Positions 18,329-29,995 of a DNA stretch of 64,000 nt are shown here, one piece after another. Under the pieces are notes generated by a model. The model had not been told where the DNA came from and did not search any database. It saw only the letters and a program-made list of their open reading frames with translations. A program made the translations under genes and the position numbers. Source of the stretch: Thermoplasmatota archaeon (GTDB lineage: Archaea; Thermoplasmatota; E2; JACPAO01; JAHFTW01); NCBI GenBank assembly GCA_041601615.1, contig JBFIHX010000002.1, positions 192,001-256,000 on the forward strand. Direction: 5' to 3'. Within the stretch, counting starts at the first letter, position 1. The number at the start of each line of letters is the position of its first letter.

Positions 18329-20206
18329 TTGGATTACGAGGAATGGAACAAGCGCCTCGTTGACCACTTCTTCCACCAAGAACGCGACCAGACTGTCGTC
18401 CGCCTCTACATCACCCCCGCCGAAATCGAGGCTCTCGTGCCCCACGCGGGCCTCGACGATTTCATCCAAGCAATCCGTGCAGGCCCAAACCACCTCGGCG
18501 GCAAAGGCGGCCCCTGCAACCGAGCATATCGACTCTGGAAAGAATGGGATCACGAATCCCCGCCACCCTTTCTGGCATACCTGGTTTGCTTCGTCGCTGC
18601 CTGGACCCTAGAAGCAACTAACCTCGGGAAAATCAACTACTACGGACGACTGTACCAGTTCTTGGAACTCCAGAATTCAAGATCTGGGTTCCCCTCCTTC
18701 GAGCGTATGGCCCCCCTTTGGCTCGACGTGGCCGCCTGGGCCAACGACCACCACGAAGGTAGCCTCGGCGTATTCCAACCTACCACGAACAAGAACTGGG
18801 TCCACGTGGGCTACCCTGAGGCACAGGCAATCTTCTCGGGGGCACAACGCGCAGAACTCCACCGCGCCTTCGCCAGGAACCACCTCTCCCCCTACCAATC
18901 CTATCCTCGGAACCAGCTACTCCGCATTGCAACCACCGATGGCAAGAGGGCCTTGTCCGATCGACAATTCAAAGCTGTGGCTGGACCCCAGAGCGATGAG
19001 CAGGACAAACTCATCGCCGCCATTCGCCATGAACTCAGCGAATGGACAACAGAAAACAAGGCAACTGCTGCACGTCCGTTCCACCCATTATTGCGTATTG
19101 ACTACTTTCCAGGTAGCCAACGAATCAACGCGCATCTACACATCCAAACGCAACGGGAAATCCCTGAAGATGGCTTGGACGTCACCGACGACGACGGCAA
19201 CCAAGCCTTTTTCGAGCTCGATGATGCCACACTGACGGGGCCGCTACTTGATGCACGGGGTGCCCCCATCCTACTACGGCCCGAGGAACTTGAAGCCCCG
19301 CGGGGATGGTACATCCTGCCTGGGCCGGAATCCATTCATCTGCCTCCGGCCAAAGTCCGATGCTTCGCACTAGCCAGCCAAGATGAGCCCACGCGATTTC
19401 ATGAAGTAGCGTCACCTCCAACCCGTGGCCGCTTCCTCCTCATAGGAGAATCCGACTCCTTAAACCAGGAAGTCGCCCGCCAAGAAATTCCCGTAGTCCT
19501 GCCCCTTAGCATCAAGTTTGGCCTGCCTGAAAATTGGCTGGCCATGGAAGTCCCCAGTGTAAATCCGGGTAAAGTCGGGAGCCAAGTCCGCACTCAAATC
19601 CGCCTCAATGGCGGCATCCGTGCCACCGCAGGCAACACGTTCTTCGATTTCGCCCCGCCAATACTCACCCTACTCGGCGAAGATGACTGCAGCATGCGCG
19701 TCAATGAAATTCTTAAGCCAAACTGGAATCCGCACGTGCTGCGAGATCAAACTCACGGCCGCTACGTCATTCAAGCAGAAACCGACGAAGGTGCACTAGC
19801 CAAGCGCACCATCCACCTTGTCAAACCACGCACAACAATCCCTGTCGCTACGCTTAGCGAACCGAGAATCCAACCTACCCTTCAGCCAACTTGGGAGGCG
19901 CACTGGCCCACCGGATCCCACATCCTGCTTGGAGCGCTACCGGGCCAAATTGCAGATTTACGCCATGATACTCACCCCGTTACTTGGCAACCCGCCTGGC
20001 TCATCGTCCGCGGCCGCCCACCGACAGCAATCCAACTCGACGCAATCAACCACCTCACAGTAAAACCTTGGAAGACGACGCCCCACCAAGTGCGTGCATG
20101 GCGAAAACAAATCCAAGGCCTACATCGAAAAGCCACAATACAAGATGCCGAATTTTCCCGTCCCCACTGGGAAGACCTCTGCAAGCGAGCCCTAGATGCA
20201 ACTTAG
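18329..20206 (+). CDS. Druantia accessory protein (DruF/DruH N-terminal-like), uncertain
   Basis: Large ORF in an operon with the DUF1998 helicase; Y..WN..L..HFF and VGYP..Q; TTG start 2 nt after the cyclase-like stop. Confidence 0.55.
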   Translation: MDYEEWNKRLVDHFFHQERDQTVVRLYITPAEIEALVPHAGLDDFIQAIRAGPNHLGGKGGPCNRAYRLWKEWDHESPPPFLAYLVCFVAAWTLEATNLGKINYYGRLYQFLELQNSRSGFPSFERMAPLWLDVAAWANDHHEGSLGVFQPTTNKNWVHVGYPEAQAIFSGAQRAELHRAFARNHLSPYQSYPRNQLLRIATTDGKRALSDRQFKAVAGPQSDEQDKLIAAIRHELSEWTTENKATAARPFHPLLRIDYFPGSQRINAHLHIQTQREIPEDGLDVTDDDGNQAFFELDDATLTGPLLDARGAPILLRPEELEAPRGWYILPGPESIHLPPAKVRCFALASQDEPTRFHEVASPPTRGRFLLIGESDSLNQEVARQEIPVVLPLSIKFGLPENWLAMEVPSVNPGKVGSQVRTQIRLNGGIRATAGNTFFDFAPPILTLLGEDDCSMRVNEILKPNWNPHVLRDQTHGRYVIQAETDEGALAKRTIHLVKPRTTIPVATLSEPRIQPTLQPTWEAHWPTGSHILLGALPGQIADLRHDTHPVTWQPAWLIVRGRPPTAIQLDAINHLTVKPWKTTPHQVRAWRKQIQGLHRKATIQDAEFSRPHWEDLCKRALDAT

Positions 20207-21113
20207 TCTCAATCATCTTCGAAGCGCTTTCGCGCATTGGGGTACACGATCCATTGGAAGCGCCCTCCAGGCCATTCAAGCACTACCCCCCAAGCGGCGT
20301 CCCATGGCACCTTGGGTTACGCTTCGCACACTAAGCAATCACTGCGTCATAGACATCGACGAGGGCGCACGGTCTGCCTCGGCTCGGCCCCCACAAATGT
20401 TCCGGCTCCCACAACAAGGACTACCACGATACCTCCTAACTGGCGCGTTTACCCTGGAACAAGTCCAGGAATGGAACAAAAACAACCACCGTGCGGCAGT
20501 CACGAGGTGGGCCACGGAACCTCAAGAGGCTGCACCAAGAAACCTCCACTTGATTTCCGCATCACCAGATGATGCCGCTCAATGGGCCAACGCCAACGGA
20601 ATCCCAATCGCCTCGCAAACTGGCCCCCACTACATGGTGTGCAATCACACGGCCACCAAACAACACCTAGACCAAGGTGCTTGGGAACCACACCACGAAC
20701 TCAATCACCTCCGCCGCAATTTCGATGCCCGGATTCTTCGATTCTCAAACGCCTCCACAGACCAGCCTCGGCTCACCCAATACGAAAATCCCATCACGCG
20801 CAGCATCCATTACGCTCTCATCTGCAACGACCGACGACTACGCTTACCTCGCAGCGACGGCATTTACGCATTACTGCACCTTGCAGAGAAAACTGTCTTA
20901 CGATACAACGAGGAACAACATGTTCTGCTTGTGCCACTCAGGGCGCCATTACCCGATTTTCTGGCCCGCGCCGTGTTTCTGGCAAGCGGCATCAACCCTC
21001 GCCACGAAGTACTCGAAGACACCAAACAAAACGCTCTCGCGTACCCTGCAATCCATCCACAGATGGCTAGCACGATTTTCGATGAATTAGGCCAAGACTG
21101 GAGCCAACGATGA
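20196..21113 (+). CDS. Druantia accessory protein (DruG/DruH C-terminal-like), uncertain
   Basis: Overlaps both neighbours; P....LP..LARA..L.SG..P motif. Confidence 0.55.
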   Translation: MQLSLNHLRSAFAHWGTRSIGSALQAIQALPPKRRPMAPWVTLRTLSNHCVIDIDEGARSASARPPQMFRLPQQGLPRYLLTGAFTLEQVQEWNKNNHRAAVTRWATEPQEAAPRNLHLISASPDDAAQWANANGIPIASQTGPHYMVCNHTATKQHLDQGAWEPHHELNHLRRNFDARILRFSNASTDQPRLTQYENPITRSIHYALICNDRRLRLPRSDGIYALLHLAEKTVLRYNEEQHVLLVPLRAPLPDFLARAVFLASGINPRHEVLEDTKQNALAYPAIHPQMASTIFDELGQDWSQR

Positions 21114-24100
21114 ACGACCCTCTCGGTGCATTTCAAGCACTCAAAGACCACGTTATTGATTATGTCCAAACTGCGTTCCGAACCAGTAGCGCAAGCATCG
21201 AAGCCGAGCGAAAAGAGCTCCTCGAATCCAACGAAACCCTCTGCCAAGACAGTTGGATTGAACCGGTTCCACAGTACCGGTCCTCTGGCAAACGCGTGGA
21301 AGATCTGACCCCTGACGACCTTCCCGGATTCTCCATGAAAGAGCTCCGAGCATTCCAGGAACTTGCCCGGCGAGGCCTCGTGGGCGACCTCGCGCTCTAC
21401 GAACACCAGCTTGTGGCATTACAGCGCGCTGCGCGCGGCGATAACATCCTCATCACTTCAGGGACCGGGTCCGGAAAAACTGAAGCCTTTCTTTTGCCCA
21501 TTCTTGCATCTCTGGCCAAGGAAGCAACATCGTGGCCGGCCGCTCCGAGGAACGAAGATTCCAGGCCTTGGTGGGATGACGAGGCTTGGCTCGCAACACA
21601 CCGCGTGCCCGACACCGACGATGAATACGTCGATTCGCCTCGCAGGCACCCACGCTCGTCGCACCGCCCAGCTGCCGTTCGGACCCTCATCATATACCCG
21701 ATGAATGCGCTGGTTGAAGATCAGCTCACACGCTTGCGAAAGGCACTGGACTCAGAACCAGTTTACCAAGTTATGGATGAACAGTTCAATGGCAATCGAA
21801 TTCACTTCGCTCGGTACACCGGAGCGACACCCGTTGCAGGTCCAGAGTACAAGGGGCCGACAAAACGAACACCCAATTCCCCCAAGATTCACCAATTGAT
21901 TGCCAACCTACAATCCATGACGCAAGCCTGGATCGCAGCCCAGGCAGCAGATGCGAACGTTGAGGGCATGTTCCAACGACCAGATGGGTCGGAAATGAGC
22001 AACCGCTGGGACATGATTGAATCGCCCCCGGACCTCCTAATCACAAACCACAGCATGCTCTCGATCATGCTGATGCGCCAAGCCGAGCAACCCATTTTCG
22101 AAGCCACGCGACTATGGCTTAGATCTAATCCAAGCCACACGTTCACCTTGGTTCTCGACGAATTGCACCTAGAGCGCGGCACCAGAGGAACTGAAATTAG
22201 CCACATGCTCAGGCTCGTCTTGAAGCGACTCGACCTGCACCCAGGGCACAAGCAACTACGAATCATTGCCAGCAGCGCATCGATGGAGGATCCAGAACAA
22301 GCGACCAAGTTCCTCACCGAATTCTTCGCCACGCCGTGGACTGCTGATGCACTCATCACTGGCACTACCAAACAACCCCAACTACGGGCACCCTACCAGC
22401 ATCTCAATCCGGTGCCATTCCAAGCGACGTCTGCTGCATCACTGCTACGAACCCCCGATCAAGACGCGGCCATCCGAGCGTGGCTCCCAGAAGAAAATAC
22501 GCCAATCGAAGGCGTTGACGCATTCATTCAATCCGTTTGCATGCAAGAGGGTCGACCTCTGGCCCGCAGCGCCACTGTACTGGCCCAAGCCATCTTTGGC
22601 GAATCAAACATCGCAGCACTACGAGGGCTCCTTGCTTGGCGAAGTCAATTCCAAGACCAAGCATCCACGCTGCGAATGCATTGGATGTTCCGAAACATCG
22701 ACGGCCTCTGGGCCTGCTGTGATCCAAGCTGTGGCAACCATGAACCGGACGAAGAACGCCACATCGGCCAGCTGCAAACCGAACCCACCATTCTCTGCCA
22801 AGGGTCCAGCCGCCATCGCGCTCTCGAAGTCCTCTACTGTGAGCGATGTGGCACGACACTTCTGGGCGGAAACCGCGTCAAGCGCCACGCCTCCGAAGAG
22901 CTCATAATCACGGAGCCCGATATCGAGGGCATCCCGGACAAGGTCCAAACTCATCTCGTCTTTGAGAAAAAGTACCGTGACTTCGGGGTCTTCTGGCCAA
23001 CCAGGAACCGCCAGGTCCATCCCGATGCCGCAAAATGGAAATTCACGCCCGAAAGCCCTTCGAAGCAGGGAGCACGCATTGAAGCCAGGTGGGACAAGGT
23101 CAACTTGAATCCAAAAAATGCGGAAATCCGCGACGTGAAAAGACACCTCGAAGGGCACGTGCCAGGTTACTTCTATCGGATCAAAGGCAACGACGAAGAC
23201 ATCGACAAGCAATCAGCATTACCCAGCCATTGCCCTTGTTGCGGCGCCGATTACACAAGAAAGCGCAAGGACAGCAGCATCCGCGCATTCAGAACTGGCT
23301 TCGGCAAAATGAGTCAATTGCTTGGCTCGGAACTTTTTCAACAACTCGACGCCTCCAACCAGAAACTCGTAATTTTTTCCGACAGCCGAGAGGACGCGGC
23401 TACAATCTCCAATGAAATGGAGCGCCACCATTACCGCGATGTTCTGCGCGCCACCTTCTATCGCGAACTTCATGCACTCCTGATCGATGCCCCGCGTGCC
23501 TTGGAGCAAGCCAAAGGGGGGCACGCGGACGCAAATGAGGCAAAGGCATTCGCCGATCGTCACCCAGCCACGTGGGAACTTATTCAGGATGCCGTTGCCG
23601 CAACCGCGCAACCCCCGGCGGCCGACGCACCTCGGATCTACCAAGACGTCTACGAGGAAAACAAACGACTTCTCGCGGAATTCGAACGTTATGGACGCAA
23701 CCGTTCCGGCCCCATCGAACGCCTCTTTATCCACGCACGCAGTCAAGGTAAGAGAATTCCTGGCCTGATGCTCACGAACTTTCTAGTCAAGGGCATCAAT
23801 CCCGCCGGCGTCGACATCGATTACCAATATTTCGAACAGGACAACCAGAAACGACACTGGACCAACCTCTACAATTGGGGTGCCGTACCGAGCTGGGCCG
23901 AAGATCTGGATAACGAAGGCATCGCCGAATCTGAGAAAGCCCTACGCAAAGTGCGAAGCGAAGTTGCCGACTTGATCTTTGGAAGCCTCTATTTCGGGTT
24001 CGAGGAAGCAGGACTTGGATACCCGGTACACTCGCTCCCAGGCACCAACATCAAAGAACACGCCGACAAGCTCGGCCTCTCCGCCATCCACCTAGAACAA

Positions 24101-26749
24101 ATCACCAACGCCAGCCTCCGCGTTCTTGGTGATGATTGGCGCTACCCCGTGTCAAACAGGACCTACGAGAAAGACGACTGGGAAGACCAAACCGCCGTCC
24201 GAGGGAAACTCAAGCAGTTCCTCGAATCGGCCGCCAAAGTACACAAAGTTCCGTACTTAGACCTGCGAAACGCCATTTGGGACCTCGTGGCCAAGCAATG
24301 CAAGCACACCCATCTCATGCTCTCCATGACGAGCATGTGGATGCACCTCTCGAATCCCGAAGACCCTGCCTGGACCTGCCCCTCTTGCTTCCGAAACCAC
24401 CTCCACTTTGCCGGGGGTACGTGCACGAACTGCCAGTCACTGCTCAACCAGGCGCCAAATACGACCGCCGGCGGTCTTCACGACCAAAACGCGTACGCCA
24501 AGCACGCGACCAGCAAACGCGAACTCCCCCGCCTCCATTGCGAGGAGCTCAGCGCACAAACAGACAACCCCCTCGATCGCCAACGAAACTTCCGAGGCAT
24601 TGCCGTTGCAACGCCAGATCGAAGCCCCGAGTCACAAGGCAAAGTCGACCCCATCGACGTACTCAGCGTCACCACCACCATGGAAGTCGGCGTCGACATT
24701 GGTAACCTAGACGCTGTGTTCCTAGCCAACATGCCGCCGATGCGATTCAACTACCAACAACGAGTCGGCCGGGCCGGTCGACGCCAACGACCCTATGCTA
24801 TCGCGCTCACCCTTTGCAGGGGGCGAAGTCACGACGACTACTACTTCCACCGACCCGACGAAGTCACCAACGGAGCCATCCCCGCACCTTTCCTATCCAC
24901 GGATCAAAAGGAAGTGGGCCGCCGCATCATGGCCAAAGAGGCACTCCGACGCGCTTTCCAAGACCGCCTCACATACACGGCCCTCAAAGATGCCCGCAAG
25001 GACATCCACGGAGAATTCGGCACCGTCACTAATTGGAATAAATCTGGGGTCATCCGGGGCCAAGTCCAAGAGTTCCTGGCAGAAAGTCCGCACATTGACG
25101 AAATCGCTAAAATCATCTACCCACAATCGCCCGGCCATCAACAAGACATCATTCAATTTGCACGCCAACGGCTCTTCGACGCCATCCAAGATGCAGCAAG
25201 CAACCCCGAAGCCGTCGCCCGCACCCTTGGGCAACGACTCGCAGAATCCGGGGTTTTGCCAATGTTTGGCATGCCCTCCCGTATGCGTTCACTATACCAC
25301 GAACTACCCCTCGGTGGCCCTGCCAAGACCATCGACCGCGACCTAGACCTGGCCATCACGGAATTTGCCCCAGGAAACGAGAAAACCAAGGACAAGGCCA
25401 TACACCAAGCCATCGGCTTCACAAATCCCATTACGCACGTGGGGAGGCTGGGGTACCGCATTCACCGAGACGCATCGCCCCTCGCACACGAGCAATGGAT
25501 GGTCCGGTGCAAACGCTGCCGACACTCCCAAATCCATCCCGCCGGCCCCGAACCCGCACCGCAATGCCCGAACAATTGCGGCGCCGACGAAAACAAGATC
25601 CTCCGGGGACGTATCGCGGTCCCAACCGCGTTCCGAACCGATTGGACTCGAGGCCGCAACCGCGCGGATCACGTCAAGCGCGACTTTAGTCGCGCCGTCT
25701 TGGAAACACCGTTCACAAACTCAGCGCCCCCAACCAAGCCTGGGCAAAATTGGGAAATCACCGAACTCTTCCAGAAACAAGTTTACAAGATCAATGACAA
25801 CTTCGAGACCGGTTTCATTGGCCAACCTGGTCGCTGCGGCACTATCGATTATGGGGGACCCGAGATGCGAAACCAATGGGTCTGCGACGAATTCAAGAAC
25901 AAGGGCGGCCACGTTCGCCTCACCAACGGCGGCGCAAGGAATACAATCTGGCTCGCGGCCCCCAAAGTTACCGATGCCATTCGCATCCAACCTCGCCGCT
26001 ACCCCGACGGATTAACGCTCCACCCAGAACACAACGGTGACGCCGTGCGCGGCGCCATCGTCTCTGCCGCCCACCTCCTGCGCACCATTGTCGCACTCGA
26101 TCAAGATTTCGACCCCGTCGAAATTGACATTGGTCGCATCCGACACGCCACCAACACAAACGGCGTCATCGTCCCTGAAATCATCCTCGCTGATTCCGCC
26201 CCTAACGGTTCCGGATTCGTCAAATGGATATACGAAAACTGGGCAACCATACTAGCTAAAATCCACGACGACCCCCACGACCCTACCACCTTCGTTGGCA
26301 CACTCTTTGGCGAAGAACACCAACAAGAATGCCAATCCTTCTGCGCGAGCTGTCTTCGCGAGTACAACAACCAAGCCTATCACGGCGTCCTGGACTGGCG
26401 GCTCGGGGTCTCCGTATTGCGCGCATTCACCGACCGAAGCTACAATGCCGGCCTCGACGCAGACTTCAACGGCTACCCCGAGCTAAGGAACTGGCCGAAG
26501 CAAGCCCCGCGCCTCGCCGAGGACTTCGCATCAACCTTCCAAATTCAATACACCAGGGCCGGAAAGTTGCCCGCACTTGTCAACGGAGATGAAACATGGA
26601 TAGTCACACACCCACTCTGGGACACGGAGAACCCTGGCGGCATTCTCGCCGAAGCAATTGAGTCCATTGACGGAGAATTCGATTTCGTCAACACATTCAA
26701 TCTACTGCGTCGCCCCGGCCTCATGTACGAAAACATGAACCACGTATGA
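21110..26749 (+). CDS. druE: DruE-like large SF2 DExH helicase with C-terminal DUF1998
   Basis: [46 protein letters not shown] and C-terminal C..C..CL..Y.N...H..LDWR; 1879 aa. Confidence 0.85.
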   Translation: MNDPLGAFQALKDHVIDYVQTAFRTSSASIEAERKELLESNETLCQDSWIEPVPQYRSSGKRVEDLTPDDLPGFSMKELRAFQELARRGLVGDLALYEHQLVALQRAARGDNILITSGTGSGKTEAFLLPILASLAKEATSWPAAPRNEDSRPWWDDEAWLATHRVPDTDDEYVDSPRRHPRSSHRPAAVRTLIIYPMNALVEDQLTRLRKALDSEPVYQVMDEQFNGNRIHFARYTGATPVAGPEYKGPTKRTPNSPKIHQLIANLQSMTQAWIAAQAADANVEGMFQRPDGSEMSNRWDMIESPPDLLITNHSMLSIMLMRQAEQPIFEATRLWLRSNPSHTFTLVLDELHLERGTRGTEISHMLRLVLKRLDLHPGHKQLRIIASSASMEDPEQATKFLTEFFATPWTADALITGTTKQPQLRAPYQHLNPVPFQATSAASLLRTPDQDAAIRAWLPEENTPIEGVDAFIQSVCMQEGRPLARSATVLAQAIFGESNIAALRGLLAWRSQFQDQASTLRMHWMFRNIDGLWACCDPSCGNHEPDEERHIGQLQTEPTILCQGSSRHRALEVLYCERCGTTLLGGNRVKRHASEELIITEPDIEGIPDKVQTHLVFEKKYRDFGVFWPTRNRQVHPDAAKWKFTPESPSKQGARIEARWDKVNLNPKNAEIRDVKRHLEGHVPGYFYRIKGNDEDIDKQSALPSHCPCCGADYTRKRKDSSIRAFRTGFGKMSQLLGSELFQQLDASNQKLVIFSDSREDAATISNEMERHHYRDVLRATFYRELHALLIDAPRALEQAKGGHADANEAKAFADRHPATWELIQDAVAATAQPPAADAPRIYQDVYEENKRLLAEFERYGRNRSGPIERLFIHARSQGKRIPGLMLTNFLVKGINPAGVDIDYQYFEQDNQKRHWTNLYNWGAVPSWAEDLDNEGIAESEKALRKVRSEVADLIFGSLYFGFEEAGLGYPVHSLPGTNIKEHADKLGLSAIHLEQITNASLRVLGDDWRYPVSNRTYEKDDWEDQTAVRGKLKQFLESAAKVHKVPYLDLRNAIWDLVAKQCKHTHLMLSMTSMWMHLSNPEDPAWTCPSCFRNHLHFAGGTCTNCQSLLNQAPNTTAGGLHDQNAYAKHATSKRELPRLHCEELSAQTDNPLDRQRNFRGIAVATPDRSPESQGKVDPIDVLSVTTTMEVGVDIGNLDAVFLANMPPMRFNYQQRVGRAGRRQRPYAIALTLCRGRSHDDYYFHRPDEVTNGAIPAPFLSTDQKEVGRRIMAKEALRRAFQDRLTYTALKDARKDIHGEFGTVTNWNKSGVIRGQVQEFLAESPHIDEIAKIIYPQSPGHQQDIIQFARQRLFDAIQDAASNPEAVARTLGQRLAESGVLPMFGMPSRMRSLYHELPLGGPAKTIDRDLDLAITEFAPGNEKTKDKAIHQAIGFTNPITHVGRLGYRIHRDASPLAHEQWMVRCKRCRHSQIHPAGPEPAPQCPNNCGADENKILRGRIAVPTAFRTDWTRGRNRADHVKRDFSRAVLETPFTNSAPPTKPGQNWEITELFQKQVYKINDNFETGFIGQPGRCGTIDYGGPEMRNQWVCDEFKNKGGHVRLTNGGARNTIWLAAPKVTDAIRIQPRRYPDGLTLHPEHNGDAVRGAIVSAAHLLRTIVALDQDFDPVEIDIGRIRHATNTNGVIVPEIILADSAPNGSGFVKWIYENWATILAKIHDDPHDPTTFVGTLFGEEHQQECQSFCASCLREYNNQAYHGVLDWRLGVSVLRAFTDRSYNAGLDADFNGYPELRNWPKQAPRLAEDFASTFQIQYTRAGKLPALVNGDETWIVTHPLWDTENPGGILAEAIESIDGEFDFVNTFNLLRRPGLMYENMNHV

Positions 26750-27957
26750 TGAGCCAAGCAACCCTCCCATCCGTGGACCTCAGCCAGGCAAGGAAGGTCT
26801 TCCAGAATTGGAAGAGCGCAGACCTGTGCAGTGGCCTCGGGGGCTTCTCCATAGCCGCCAAAATGCTTGGAATGAACCCGGTTGTAAGCATCGACAATTG
26901 GAGCCTCGGGGCCCAAACTTACGCCCACAACTTCCCCGATGCAACCAGTTACACCAATAACATTTGCAAATCCCCAGATCGACGAGAACTCGTCCGCACC
27001 TCCCGCAAGGAAGATGTAGACATTGTATTCGCCGGGCCCCCATGTCAAGGATTCACACAAGTCCGTAATGGGCAGCGAACCTCCAACGATGCTAATATCG
27101 CGGTCACGCACGGAGTCAAAAGAGCCCTCAAGGAAATCCAACCACCCTACTTCGTCATTGAAAACGTACCACTCCTACTGAACCACCACGATGGAAACTT
27201 CGCCAAGCACCTGTTCCAGAACCTACGCGCCCTTGCACCTGAAGGTTATAACGTCACCCATCAAGTCTACAATGCTAGCAGCCTCGGTGTGCCACAACAG
27301 CGTCGCCGGTTGCTAATCCTAGGTTCACGGAGAGACTACGAAGAACTTCGACTTCAAGAACTCCCAGATTACCAATACCAATTCTCCACTGCTCGCCGAA
27401 ACCAGGCCTCCAGCGACGAATGGCCCAACATCAAGAAAATTCTCGATGACAAAGACGACGCACGCATGGTAACCGCCAAACAAGCCATCGGGGATCTTCC
27501 AAAACTTGAATCTGGAACAAGCCCCGTCGAACCTGCCTATAATTTCAAGCCCAATCCGTATCAAGCCTTGATGCGCGGTGTGGAAACTGCACCCACTCTC
27601 GTAGCAACCCCTCGGATGCTATTGAAGACTAAGCAACGCCTCGCCCGCATCCCACCAGGCCAATGCCTTCACGACATCCCTGCCAAGGATCGCGGCGACC
27701 TGAAGCGCAAATTCTTCTCCGCGTACCGGCGCCTACACCCGGATCTACCCTCTACGACGTTATTCACGAAGATTGATTGCGCATATCACTACGAACAACT
27801 TCGAGCCCTAAGCGTCCGAGAATATGCCCGCTTGCAAAGTATCCCCGATGCATACCAATTTCCCGTCGCCAATCGCAATGCATACGCCATGATAGGCAAT
27901 GCAGTTCCTCCCCTTATGGTCGCAAACGCCTTAGCACTCGCCGCACGTCCTTCGTAG
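26746..27957 (+). CDS. DNA cytosine-5 methyltransferase (DruM-like)
   Basis: DLCSG.GG, GPPCQGF, ENV, Q.RRR, RE.ARLQ..PD and GNAVPP. Confidence 0.92.
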   Translation: MMSQATLPSVDLSQARKVFQNWKSADLCSGLGGFSIAAKMLGMNPVVSIDNWSLGAQTYAHNFPDATSYTNNICKSPDRRELVRTSRKEDVDIVFAGPPCQGFTQVRNGQRTSNDANIAVTHGVKRALKEIQPPYFVIENVPLLLNHHDGNFAKHLFQNLRALAPEGYNVTHQVYNASSLGVPQQRRRLLILGSRRDYEELRLQELPDYQYQFSTARRNQASSDEWPNIKKILDDKDDARMVTAKQAIGDLPKLESGTSPVEPAYNFKPNPYQALMRGVETAPTLVATPRMLLKTKQRLARIPPGQCLHDIPAKDRGDLKRKFFSAYRRLHPDLPSTTLFTKIDCAYHYEQLRALSVREYARLQSIPDAYQFPVANRNAYAMIGNAVPPLMVANALALAARPS

Positions 27958-28033
27958 TTGGGTAATGCGGCAAATCAAGACCATCGCCGACTAAACCAGG
28001 CTTATATTGATTTCAACCCACATCAATCACCTC

Positions 28034-28495
28034 TTATAGGGGAGCTCGGGCCGGCAACGGCGGCAACTCCCCTGCCAAGAACCGTGCTGCGTCGAGGAAC
28101 CTGACGCGCGCCAGACGCGCCGCGGCCTTGTCGATTTGCGGGTTATCCCCCACGTACACGCACACAGCCAGTTCCTGAAGAACCGACGCCTTCCACGCAG
28201 CTTGCGCTTGACAAGACAATCCAACGTGGTCGGGGCGAGCCACGACCGGGAGCCAATGGCCTGTGAATTCATGCAGCCAGTACCGCAGTGGCGACACATG
28301 GTTCTCTCCTCGGCCGGTTACAACGACAACGTCGTGGTCCTGCGCAATGAGTTGCTTGAGCCACTTCACCGTCGCCAAGACCGCTGCCGCCCGTGGCAAG
28401 GACCAGTCCGCGTCATCGTAGCGTACCTGAACGCCGGCGGGCCAAACAGCAAGGGTGCCGTCGAAATCGAAGCCTATCTTGAGGCGACTACTCAC
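28034..28495 (-). CDS. HAD-superfamily phosphatase
   Basis: FDFDGTL, VTGR, K and YVGDN..D motifs; GTG start overlapping the upstream gene. Confidence 0.75.
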   Translation of the reverse strand: MSSRLKIGFDFDGTLAVWPAGVQVRYDDADWSLPRAAAVLATVKWLKQLIAQDHDVVVVTGRGENHVSPLRYWLHEFTGHWLPVVARPDHVGLSCQAQAAWKASVLQELAVCVYVGDNPQIDKAAARLARVRFLDAARFLAGELPPLPARAPL

Positions 28496-29036
28496 GCCGC
28501 CACCAACCTCGATGGATTGCCGCATCCTTGGCCACCTTGTCGCCCTTCTTGGCGGCGGCCAAGACATGCGCCCTCATGCGGCGGCTCGCGGCGTACGGCG
28601 GAAGCTTCTGGCTGCGAATCCACCGCACCATCGAACTTTCGCTGACTCCAGCACGCTCCGCTGCCTGCTTCGACGAGGTGGACAAGCAATACGCGGCCCA
28701 CCGCTTCAACTGCATCTCCGACTTCCAAGGCCGAATCGTCCGATTCGCCTTGGCCTTCGAAGGAACATGCCTGCGCTTGCGCCACCCCTGGACGCCCGAC
28801 CTCGAAACCCCAAGAAGTTCCGCCACCTCCCGATCACTATCGGTGGCATCGACCCCCTGAAGCACCGACACAGGGGGTGGTAGCGGCGCGTACCCCCCGT
28901 TCGCCGGCAACTCAGCCCGACGCCGCCAGTACCGAATTAACGATGCACTGACGCCCAGCAGCCCGCCAATCTCGTAGTCGAACCAACCCTCGTCATACAG
29001 CACGCGACAAGCATCTACGTCGAAAGAAAACGGCAT
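28488..29036 (-). CDS. Protein with three tandem HTH repeats
   Basis: EIGGLLGVS..LIRYWRRR; EVAELLGVS..VQGWRKR; QAAERAGVS..MVRWIR. Confidence 0.75.
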   Translation of the reverse strand: MPFSFDVDACRVLYDEGWFDYEIGGLLGVSASLIRYWRRRAELPANGGYAPLPPPVSVLQGVDATDSDREVAELLGVSRSGVQGWRKRRHVPSKAKANRTIRPWKSEMQLKRWAAYCLSTSSKQAAERAGVSESSMVRWIRSQKLPPYAASRRMRAHVLAAAKKGDKVAKDAAIHRGWWRRE

Positions 29037-29077
29037 AGCTGGGACACCGCGTGGGCCATCATAACACGCCGCACGGA

Positions 29078-29152
29078 ATCGGAGTCATCGGACTCCGATG
29101 TGAACCATCGGACCAAGGCCACGCTCCATCCCAACAGGGAAATCCGATGGTT
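29078..29152. repeat. Cluster of ATCGGA/TCCGAT inverted repeats
   Basis: ATCGGAGTC-ATCG-GACTCCGAT hairpin (29078-29099); AACCATCGGA (29103-29112) inverted to TCCGATGGTT (29143-29152). Confidence 0.6.
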
Positions 29153-29290
29153 AGGGCCGAAATGCACGTTTTGGCAAAATCCTGTTTCGCCCCAAAACCC
29201 CCATATACCAGACCCTTCTCGGCGCGTCCTGTCCCTGGCGGACCCCCCTGCTTCTTCGGAAGTGGTAGACCTTGCGAGGCAAGGCCACAT

Positions 29291-29364
29291 GGGCTGCTAG
29301 CTTAGTCAGGTAGAGCATCGGACTCTTAATCCGACGGTCGCCGGTTCGAACCCGGTGCAGCCCG
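29291..29364 (+). tRNA. tRNA-Lys(CTT)
   Basis: Cloverleaf with acceptor GGGCTGC/GCAGCCC, anticodon arm TCGGA-CTCTTAA-TCCGA and TTCGAA T-loop; no CCA. Confidence 0.95.
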
Positions 29365-29491
29365 CCTACCCTCCGTCTTCCAGGGACACTTTTTGATTCG
29401 CTGTAGCGGGTCGCTTGGCGGGATTTTTGCTGGGCGCAACGAAGGAAATTGAGGAAGAAGGAGGGGGCGGCACGTGATGGCGGGTCGTGGC

Positions 29492-29995
29492 CTAGGCGGC
29501 GTTTTCGACGTTGGGTTCGATTTCCACCATGACGGTCGTTGCTTCCACGTTGGCGCCGGTTGTGACGTGGACGCGGCTGACGGTGCCGGTCATGGGGGAT
29601 TTGAGGTCGTTTTGCATCTTCATGGCTTCCAGCACGAGGATGATGGCGCCTTCTTCGACGGGGTCGCCTTCTTTGACGCGCACTTCGACGATCTTGCCGG
29701 GCATGGGGGGTTTGATTTTGCCGTCTTTGCGGCGGCCGGCGCCTCCGGCTCGTACTAGCTCGGGTTTGGCGCGGCGGATTTCGAGGTCCAGGACGGTGCG
29801 GTCGAGGAGGAAGTTGCCGTCTTCGATGCGGAATTCGAAGCTGTCGCCTTCGAGGGTTGCGCGGTAGTGGCTGGGGCCGAGGCGTTCGACTTCGGGTTGG
29901 AAGCTGGTGCCTTCGACGAGGAAGCGCGGGCCTTCGGCGTGTTCTTCGAGTTGGACGTAGTGGGTGCGTCCGTCGAGTTTGAATCCGTAGCGCAT
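29492..29995 (-). CDS. accB: Biotin carboxyl carrier protein
   Basis: PMPGKI and LEAMKMQN biotinylation motif; TAATG overlap. Confidence 0.92.
   Translation of the reverse strand: MRYGFKLDGRTHYVQLEEHAEGPRFLVEGTSFQPEVERLGPSHYRATLEGDSFEFRIEDGNFLLDRTVLDLEIRRAKPELVRAGGAGRRKDGKIKPPMPGKIVEVRVKEGDPVEEGAIILVLEAMKMQNDLKSPMTGTVSRVHVTTGANVEATTVMVEIEPNVENAA

Larger units (their letters stand above)
14100..29250. mobile_element. Accessory/defence genomic island upstream of tRNA-Lys (boundaries approximate)
   Basis: Lower GC and different codon usage; contains transposase, AbrB, defence helicase/methylase and HTH genes; lies between core respiratory and lipid operons. Confidence 0.65.

Noticed and set aside
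29291-29364. tRNA-Lys as a classical attB with a duplicated 3' end
   Set aside because: The island lies 5' of the tRNA; no duplicated tRNA 3' fragment or tyrosine integrase was found
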